A stretch of DNA of 33,129 nt, from contig KZ987744.1 in assembly GCA_003614145.1 (NCBI GenBank), positions 1-33,129 of the forward strand, given 5' to 3'. Made by a program: the position numbers and the translations under genes. Within the stretch, counting starts at the first letter, position 1. Every line of letters begins with the position of its first letter. The DNA comes from Piptocephalis cylindrospora. Taxonomy: Eukaryota. This document shows positions 1 to 7,938 of the stretch, piece by piece. The notes beneath the pieces are model-generated. The model had not been told where the DNA came from. It ran no database searches and was given only the letters and a program-made list of their open reading frames with translations.

Positions 1-120
1 ACACACACACACATATTTCCCCCACACTATAGAGCACATACTATACACAGCCACGCTCAGCCCCTACACACACATACATAGACAGAGACACGCTCGGCCA
101 TACGGCTACAACACACACAC
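1..120. repeat. (CA)n microsatellite patches upstream of RPL33
   Basis: ACAC runs at 1-13, about 67-76 and about 111-120. Confidence 0.7.
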
Positions 121-196
121 TATCCCACATCACAGACTGGATCCTATTCCTCCCCTCTCCTTCCCAATCACCCTTTCCGGACTCCAATTGAGCAGT

Positions 197-1032
197 ATGG
201 GTCAGCCGATTCGGTACGTGATGGATCATCCATAAGTGAATGGTGGGGGAAGCAATGAGAAGGACACAAGGGAGGAGGATTCAGGATGTGCTTGACCAAA
301 GGATGGATGGATGGATGGATGGATGGACGGACGGATGGGCGGGTGGGGGAGGTGAATGGATGGATGGGTGAGTCTGACTAGGATGGGATGGAATGAGATG
401 GCGAACGGGGCGGGTTCCCTTGATCCATCCATCCATCCATCCATCCAACGTGAATCTATACCGTAAAGGAGAAGGCGGATGGTCTGGGAGGATTGCGGGG
501 TCTTCGTGAAGGAGGGACATGTCTTTGAGACTGTGATGTGCTGATGGGTCCATAGCATGTGGACTCTCGTGATGTGGGGAGGAGCGATCACGAACGATGT
601 CTTAGTCTTCTGCTTCTACCTCATTACTCATCCTCTCATCTCTTTCCCATAGCCTCTACACGAAGGGCCGCATCACCGGCTTCAAGCGCGCCAAGCGTAA
701 CCAGCGCCCCGACACCACCCTCATCAACATTGAGGGCGTCGCCACTCCTCAGGATGCCACTTTCTACCTCGGAAAGCGCGTTGCCTACATCTACCGCACT
801 CGTCGTGAGGTCAACGGTAGCAAGGTCCGCGTTGTCTGGGGTCGCATTGCCCGCCCCCACGGTAACTCTGGGGCTGTCAAGGCCAAGTTCCGGACCAACC
901 TTCCCGCCAAGGTCTTCGGAGCCTCTGTCCGTGTGGTAAGTTTGCTTTTAAGAGGGTGGTGATGTTGGACATGAGCCCATCTCATACTAACTCCTTTCTC
1001 CTTTATAGATGCTTTATCCCTCCCGTGTCTAA
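197..1032 (+). CDS. RPL33: 60S ribosomal protein eL33 (L35a / yeast L33); exons 197-213, 653-935, 1009-1032
   Basis: Spliced product is [54 protein letters not shown]...[41 protein letters not shown]. It carries the eL33 hallmarks [25 protein letters not shown] and VRVMLYPS. Introns are GTACGT..TAG (214-652) and GTAAGT..TACTAAC..TAG (936-1008). The ORF track misses this gene. Confidence 0.97.
301..446. repeat. Inverted tetranucleotide microsatellite pair, (GGAT)6 at 301-324 and (ATCC)6 at 423-446, inside RPL33 intron 1
   Basis: Read directly; the two 24-nt tracts are exact reverse complements. Confidence 0.9.
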
Positions 1033-1650
1033 GTCCTTCATTTTCTCTATGGATGGAACAATGCATGATTGGTGTGACCAGGTCTCTCTGATCTCCCTCA
1101 CTTTTCCCATCTCTTTCCAATGTGTGCGTATGGACCATCCCAGTGATGGGAGGAATATAACAACAACACTTGGGAGTGATTCTCATGTCCGCGGCGGTTC
1201 ATATAACCTTTGGGATTCCCATTATGGGCTATCCCTGATCTTTACTTTGACCAGGCATTGGGGATACTGGAAGATGAGTGCTTCAGCTCACGAGAAGTGG
1301 GGATGGAGGATGACCCTGCTAGGGCGATTGGATGTTGTACCCTTGCCCCTAGAGACCAACAGCTTCATAGTTGACGATCGGATTACATGATTGCGTCTCG
1401 GGATGATGGGCTTTTAAACACTCTGGCTTTATATATACAGGAGGTATCTATCCAATGTCCTCGAAAGAACGATCACTTTGATGTTCCACATCAAGAGGCT
1501 CATTTTGATACCCAATAGGGGATCAGGATGCGTCTCCCCGATCATTCTCCTCATCATTGCATATCCTGGATCCTTGGATATCATTATTACGTACTGCCTT
1601 CCGTCCGGCACATTCTAGAGATCATTGAAAAGCCAGAAAAGACAAGTACA

Positions 1651-2016
1651 TTAGGACATGGTTGAGTCAGCGGCAGCATCCCCCTTGGACTTGGCACCAA
1701 GACCAGCGGCCCGTTCCGCCTCTTCCAGGGTATAGGGAGTCTCCTTGATCAACTTCATGCGCTTCTTATGGGTCTTTCCCCGGCAGTGCTCCTTCAGAGC
1801 TGCCTCGGAAATAAATTCGCGGGCACACTCAACGCAGGTGTACTTGCCCATACCGGGAAGATCGGGGTCAGCGGGTCTGGAAAGGATCTTTTCCTTGGCT
1901 TCGGGCTTGAGGTCCTCAGCCACTTGGTCTAGATCCTTAGTCCTTGCCCTAGTACGGTAGGAGCGTTTGAGGTCACGGATGCCCTTATGAACTCTTGATC
2001 TACGAAGTCGACCCAT
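1651..2016 (-). CDS. BUD20: Bud20 / ZNF593 C2H2 zinc-finger pre-60S ribosome biogenesis factor (121 aa)
   Basis: MGRLRRSRVHKG...RARTKDLDQV...DPDLPGMGKYTCVECAREF...HCRGKTHKKRMK...PYTLEEAERAAG matches the family pattern. The ATG is at 2016; the longer ORF in the track begins at a non-ATG codon. Confidence 0.95.
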   Translation of the reverse strand: MGRLRRSRVHKGIRDLKRSYRTRARTKDLDQVAEDLKPEAKEKILSRPADPDLPGMGKYTCVECAREFISEAALKEHCRGKTHKKRMKLIKETPYTLEEAERAAGLGAKSKGDAAADSTMS

Positions 2017-2441
2017 GATGAGGAGGTAAAGGACAGGAGATGATGGGTGGAAGGAAGGAAGGTGAAGAGGAGGAGAGGATGCTTGTTGCAACGGAGATCC
2101 TGTTGTTAAAAAACAAAAAACAATTTTTTAGCAGGGTTTCAACAAAATATCAGTGAAATGTAATGAAATTTGCTGTTGGAAAAAGACCACTTTAAATTCG
2201 CGTAATTTCAAGTGTAAAATTTAGTCTACGTGTATGTGGGTGGTTGTTTATTTATGGTAGTGGAGAAGGAAGGCTGGCATGGTCTTGATGCTCCTCTTAG
2301 CTAGAGGGAGGCGCGTCTTAAGATCCACTGGACTTGCTGGTGATGCATTCATAAACAAATGAATCTCGAGCCTCCTTCCCTCCCTCTCCCCTCCCTCTCC
2401 CCTCCCTCTCTCCTCCCTCCTCACCTCCCCCCTCTTGTGCA
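2017..2441. promoter_or_regulatory. Divergent (bidirectional) promoter region between BUD20 and RAD18
   Basis: Head-to-head genes 425 nt apart. AT-rich core at about 2105-2225 with A-tract/T-tract elements. CGCG-core MCB/SCB-like words TTCGCGT (about 2197-2203) and GCGCGT (about 2311-2316). Confidence 0.55.
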
Positions 2442-3693
2442 ATGAGGCCAAATAGCCCTAAAGACGCCCCTGAAGATTGGCCAAAGGAGGGCCCGGGATT
2501 CCTCCCAATGTTGGATGAACTATTAAGATGTACGATCTGTAAGACACCCTTTGATGCGCCCATGTTGCTGCCAGACTGTGGACATTCATACTGCTCCCTG
2601 TGCATCCGGAAGCATCTCCGACAGGAAAATTACTGTCCTTCATGTCGAACGCCCGTTCAGGAGAAGCAGCTTGTCAAGGTCAAGTGTCTGGAGGAGGTGG
2701 TCCTGCTCTTTCGTCGGCATAGGGCCAACACCCTATCCTGGATGAATGATCGAGTGGGGAGAACAGGGATATTGGATGGGGAAGCAAGACGGGAAGAAGA
2801 TCCGGTCGTGGAGAAGCCACCTACTACGTATCCATCCTCCACTCCACCCAAGGTCTCTGAGGAACCCAAGATGATCCCTGGCTCCCCCAGCCCATCACCT
2901 TCCCAGATAGATAACCCTTGTCCTATATGCGGAAATGGCCTACCGAATAATCCCGCCAAAGCGGAGAGACATGTGAACCTTTGTATGGATGGGCGGGAAA
3001 AGGAGGCCAGTGCCATGTTGGATAGCCCATCCGGCTCTTCTGGTGTGTCTGCAGGGTCCTCCGCTACGCCAAAGAAAGTAGGAATAGCTGGGTATGTCAC
3101 ACCTTTGACTCCTGGATATGTCACCCTAAGCTCGCCTGGATCTCCTATGGATAGGTAAGTGGCTATTGCCCTATAAAGGAGGGTTCCTAGGGTTCATCGT
3201 GCCTCACATCTTCCCTTCAAGTGCTTCAGGGCTCACGACCCCTAAAGCAATCATCCCTCCAAAGATCCCAAGACCCATTTATCACACGATGAAAGATAGG
3301 CAATTGAGGGAGATGTTGGCAAAGCACCATTTGATTACCACGGGATCTAGAGAAGCAATGATCAAAAGGATGAAAAGGTTTGTGATTCATTATGACGCTA
3401 ATCGCGACCGAGCCCATCCTCTCTCGGCCCACGAGCTAGTTAGGCAGCTCGCACGGATGGAGAAGAATGAAGAGGACGAAGAAAGGGCGGCGAGTAGTAG
3501 CGGAGAGACTAGGTCTGGGAAGATGGGGGAAGACGAGATGAAGCAGCATGAGATCAAGTACCAAGATGAGTTTGCCGCGTTGATTCTCGAGGTTAAGCAG
3601 CGGTCCAAGCGGGGACCGGAGGAAGGGCACGAGTCAAGCGATGGGGCTTCAGATGACAAGAGGGTAAAAACGACGGATAAGGAAAATCAGTGA
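2442..3693 (+). CDS. RAD18: E3 ubiquitin ligase Rad18 (RING, UBZ4 zinc finger, SAP); exons 2442-3154 and 3222-3693
   Basis: N-terminal D..DWP motif, RING LRCTICK...CGHSYCSLCIRKHL...CPSCR, UBZ CPICG...HVNLC, and SAP YHTMKDRQLREML..HHL.TTGSR..MIKR...YDANRD. The intron GTAAGT(3155)..AAG(3221) joins the two track ORFs in frame. Confidence 0.93.
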
Positions 3694-4478
3694 TATGAAA
3701 AGGATGAAGGGAGAGAGAGTGAGAGGTGGAGAGAGTAATGGAGGGAAGGGGCATGGCGATGGCCTTGTATAATAGTCTATAGAGAGGAATTACTGCTTCT
3801 TTTTCAATGGTTGATAAGATAGAAAGAATCGAGTAGGAATGTTCCATTTCATTTCTTTTATAGCCCATTTCAGAATGCACTTTTTAGTACTACAAATGAT
3901 AATGTATCGTAATGGTTGATTTATTCGTTAGAATTAGAATGACCTTTAGTTGCTACATCTTGTCCCCTCTTCCAGAAAGTATTTAAATAGTCAGCTAGCT
4001 AGCTCTCGTGTGCATGAAGGGTTTGGAATGGGTGAATGTGTCCTACTGTGGGCCTTACCAAACTCACCACTACTAAACCCGTGCGTGTGTTCCAGACTGA
4101 CCCGCTCATTGTGGTAGGAGGGTTGCACTGCCTGCTTCGTCTCCCGCTCCACTCCACTCCACTCCCACCCACACTGTGACACCCAGAAAACCTACAGTGA
4201 CACCTCAGCTCCGATAGTGAGATCGTCCCCTCCATACCTGCTCTACCCACACTCACACTTTCTCCCTTCCCTAGCCCCGCTTATAATCGCCTCAACTACC
4301 CCAGCCATCCACTCTACACACATCCCGCACCTTTCTTCTTGCTCTTCTTCCCCCCCTCCACCACTCCCATCCCATCCTCATCCTATACCAAATAAGCTCT
4401 TCAACACATACCCACTCTCTTTCTTTCTCCTCTCCATATTCATACTCTACCTATCTTCTCCACCTTACTCGTACCATC

Positions 4479-5623
4479 ATGGCTTGTGACTTGACGGACC
4501 CGGCCATTGCCAAGACCTACCAGGAGATTATTTCCGGGAGTCCAACCAATTGGTGAGTCAATATGTGTATGAGGATATGTGTGTAATGTCGTACAGACTC
4601 TCATGGACTCTTCCCTCTACCCAGGCTCCTACTAGGCTACAATGACACCAGGGACAAAATCTCCCTGTACACGTCAGGAGAAGATGGCCTTGAGGGTCTG
4701 AGGGACGCCTTGACCGACGAAGTCCTGTACGGCTTTGTCCGTCTGGATGGGCTGGACCCCCCTCAGAACATCCTGGTCACGTATGTGTCAGAGCAGGTGT
4801 CTGGGGTACGTCGGGCCAGGGCTTTGGTCCACGGTCGGGCTGTATCTGGTCAGCTACGGGATTTCCACCTTCAGATCTCCGCCTCTTCCCCTGGCGATTT
4901 GAGTGACCAGGCCATTGCCTATCGCTTGGCTAACGGAAATGGCGGTAGTAACCCCTCCCCCCCCCCACCTCCTCCTCCTCCGCCCAGTCGGCCCCACGTC
5001 GGGCTCCCACTCCTCCTTCGACCTCGGGAAATGAGGAAGGAGAGGGCCCTGCTAGCGCCGTCCCCAAGGCAATGACTCAGCAGGTGGAGATGAGCGAAGA
5101 TACCGTGCTTACCCCACCCCCTGAGGCCGAAAGACCCGTCCCCACCGGCCCTTCCCCCGAGGAGATTGAGGAGGAGCGTCGGAGGGAGCAGCAGGCTCGA
5201 GAGGAGGCCGAGACCCTGAGGAAGCGAAAGGAGCGACAGGCCAAGGCCGAGGAGGAGGATCGGAAGAGAAAGGAGGCTCTGAAGCAAAGGATGCTTCAGG
5301 CCCAGAAAGATGCCCGAGATGGTGGAGCCGTCCAGGGATATTTGACCGTTCAGGGTCAGAAAAATTACCTGTGGCAACGTCGCTGGTATTCCCTCAAGGA
5401 TAAATCCCTGTCCTTGTACCGATCTGATGTGGATCTGGAGCCCCGGACAACCCTTCCTCTCAGCAAGGGGGCCCTAGTTAATGTCACGGACGCTGACAAG
5501 GAGGTCTTGATCCCCAATTCCTTCAAGGTGGAACTAGCGAATGATCAGGCTCCTTGGTACTTTTTCGCTGATGATCTTGAAGGTAAGCACACGGCCATGG
5601 CCGCTATTCGGGCTTGCCAGTGA
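4479..5623 (+). CDS. ADF-H (drebrin/Abp1/coactosin-like) domain, charged coiled coil and C-terminal PH domain protein; exons 4479-4552 and 4625-5623, with an apparent frameshift near 4950-4980
   Basis: MACDLTDPAIAKTYQEIISGSPTNWLLLGYNDTRDKISLYTSGEDGLEGLRDALTDEVLYGFVR...LVTYVSEQVSGVRRARALVH is ADF-H-like. The C-terminus QGYLTVQGQKNYLWQRRWYSLKDKSLSLY...PNSFKV...FFADD is PH-like. The intron is GTGAGT(4553)..CAG(4624). The two domains lie in different frames across a C10 run at 4957-4966. Confidence 0.8.
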
Positions 5624-6570
5624 TGATGAGGATGATGATGGTGATGAAAGCGCAGCGGTAAAGAGCGATGAGGAGTATGGAGGAAAATGAAGAGAGGAGA
5701 AGGAACAGAGACAGAGAGGAAGGGAGAAAGGGGGGACAAGAAGTCTATAATGGATAAGTGGATTATTTTTGAATTCTTGGCTTGGATGGGAGGAAATGCT
5801 TGCTAATTCAGTACCATGGAGAATGGGGACCTACCTACTTTTGTCGCAGGGATAAGTGGGCAACATCATCAATGTTTGCCCACCATCTCCGTTTGTGAGA
5901 TCCCTTAGGTCACATTGAAGATGCCGCATTATTGTTATGAGGAATCCATTCATCACCATGGGTGCTGCTCCAATACACTAGTAGTAATGATCATCGCCTT
6001 TTCCCACGCTCTCTCCCTTTTAAAACATCATCATTCATCTGCCGCATATGATCAATGCTCTAATCGTACTGCTTGAGCAAGGAGGGCCCTTTCCCCCCCA
6101 TCAAAGGTCTCACTTGACATTGTCATCCGGGCATGCACGCTCATCTATAGCGCATTTATCCATGGTGATGACCTCTTTTCCCCCGTACCAATACACCACA
6201 GACATCTCTTGCCTACATGTGAGTGTCTCATCCCCCGGTCATTGTCCTCTTTGGCTTCCTACTCCAAGGAAACGTCCCACTTATCGAAGTCAATTCTCCC
6301 CATATCGGACTTGCACCTTGTCCCACCGACCCGGATTCACGGATACGACTATTTAAACGTTCATGAAGATCCTCCCTTCCCCTCCCTTCCCTTCCCCTTT
6401 CTTCTTGGCCCCGTTTCATTTTGCCCTTTCCATCCTTTTTCTAGCCTAGCCTAGCCTTGGATCATCCCCTGTGAATAATTCCCTATCATCTTGACCCTGG
6501 GTCCCATCGAACCCTTTCCCTAGCTCCCCTGATCTCTTACGAATACTCAGATCATCTCATCCTATCCCAG

Positions 6571-7398
6571 ATGCTACAAGACCGAATGACTCCGGAAGCT
6601 CTTAATGAGCTCTTGTCCTCGGTCTTTCTCCCCCCAACTATACCATCTTCTTCCTCCTCTTCTGATTTACAATCCGTGGATGGTGTAAATATCCCTTCCC
6701 AAGTCTCCTCATCCTCCCATACATCCATGCCTTCATCCAAGATACCCAATCCCCCACCACCACTTCCATGTTCATCCCCGCCCCTCCCATCCATCCCCTC
6801 TTTATCCCCCGCGGAGGCTCTAGAAAGGATTGACGCGGCCTTTGAACATATGGACTCTATGTATGGGGCGAGTTTCCGAGATTTCCTCAGGGATCCCACC
6901 ACGGCTGCATACTGCGCTCAGAGGATTCGTCCTCTCACCCAGAGTATGGACTTGGCCACCACTGCCACTGGTCTTCGGTATCTTTTGGGCCCATGGCCTA
7001 CTACAGCTCGTGTCACCTTCCTGCGTACCTTATTCCATGATGCCTTTCCCGAGGCCGCGGGCGCCCTGTACGCTGCCATCCTTTGGCCCACCGAACGAGG
7101 ATGTGAGTGTGCGTCTGTCGAGGTAGTCGCCCTCGCCGCAGGCATCCTCCTTGGTACTCCTCTTCCCTCGGCCATCCTCTTCCTTTGGGTCTGGCGTCGT
7201 ATTTGTGGCTTGGATGATATTCACGAGGTAGTTCGTCAGGTTGGATCTATTCTACGTTGGGACCCTGCCGATCTTCACACAGCCCACTCCCTCCTTCAAT
7301 CCCTGGATGTGGATCGGAGGTACGAGCGTATTTCTGGTACCGAGGCGACGTGTCGCGTCCGTTTTCCACGCCAGGCACGCGATTTACTATGGGAGTAA
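6571..7398 (+). CDS. Hypothetical protein (275 aa) with a Ser/Pro-rich N-terminus and a predicted helical C-terminal domain
   Basis: ATG-initiated 275-codon ORF preceded by a pyrimidine-rich leader like the neighbouring genes. It has protein-like amphipathic composition, but no family was recognised. Confidence 0.7.
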   Translation: MLQDRMTPEALNELLSSVFLPPTIPSSSSSSDLQSVDGVNIPSQVSSSSHTSMPSSKIPNPPPPLPCSSPPLPSIPSLSPAEALERIDAAFEHMDSMYGASFRDFLRDPTTAAYCAQRIRPLTQSMDLATTATGLRYLLGPWPTTARVTFLRTLFHDAFPEAAGALYAAILWPTERGCECASVEVVALAAGILLGTPLPSAILFLWVWRRICGLDDIHEVVRQVGSILRWDPADLHTAHSLLQSLDVDRRYERISGTEATCRVRFPRQARDLLWE

Positions 7399-7847
7399 TT
7401 TCGTGGGGAGTCGACAAGGGGAGATGTTTGTTTCCAGGCTTGAGGCAGGACTTTCTCATTCCTTTACTCTACGATGCTGTGTATATACATGTTTCTCTAG
7501 GTATGGTAATGTTGATTGAGATATGGCACTTTCATCTCTTTTCCTTCTGGTAGAGGAAAGCTTATCCTTTTTCCTGGATGACCAACCGTATACCAAAAAT
7601 ATTCAATGAAGATTGCGTCATTACAGCTACTATGCTTGGATGGTGAGAGTTGAACATGGCATATACACACGGCATATAAACAGCTAGTACACAGCCAATT
7701 CCAGCACACACACAGCCTACTCGAAACCCAGCACACAACTACGCACATACGGTGCACCTCCACCTCCTTGTGGATGTCCCCGACCCCACAAACCCCATTT
7801 AACGTCCTCTCAGTCTCAAGAGCCTAAACACTATGGCCCTTTCCTCT

Positions 7848-7901
7848 TTCTCCTTCTCCTTCTCCTTCTCCTTCTCCTTCTCCTTCTCCTTCTCCTTCTC
7901 C
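7848..7901 (+). repeat. (TTCTCC)9 hexanucleotide microsatellite just upstream of the nucleoporin start codon
   Basis: Nine perfect units read directly. Confidence 0.9.
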
Positions 7902-7938
7902 TCCCAGTCCATTCTTTATTCCGCATCTCCAGTCTATC

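Noticed and set aside
41..1390. Track ORFs 41-229, 226-591, 281-553, 559-939, 636-860, 791-1186 and 956-1390
   Set aside because: These are off-frame or antisense shadows of the spliced RPL33 gene, its GGAT/ATCC repeats and its UTRs.
3088..3140. Short direct repeat CTGG(G/A)TATGTCAC in RAD18, containing a GTATGT donor-like word at 3092
   Set aside because: This is a small coding duplication (GYVTPLTPGYVTLSSP). The alternative donor has the same phase, so it does not alter the gene call; there is no evidence of anything more.
6048..6454. ORFs 6048-6356 and 6209-6454 upstream of the hypothetical gene
   Set aside because: Pyrimidine-rich promoter/UTR-like composition and no recognisable domain.
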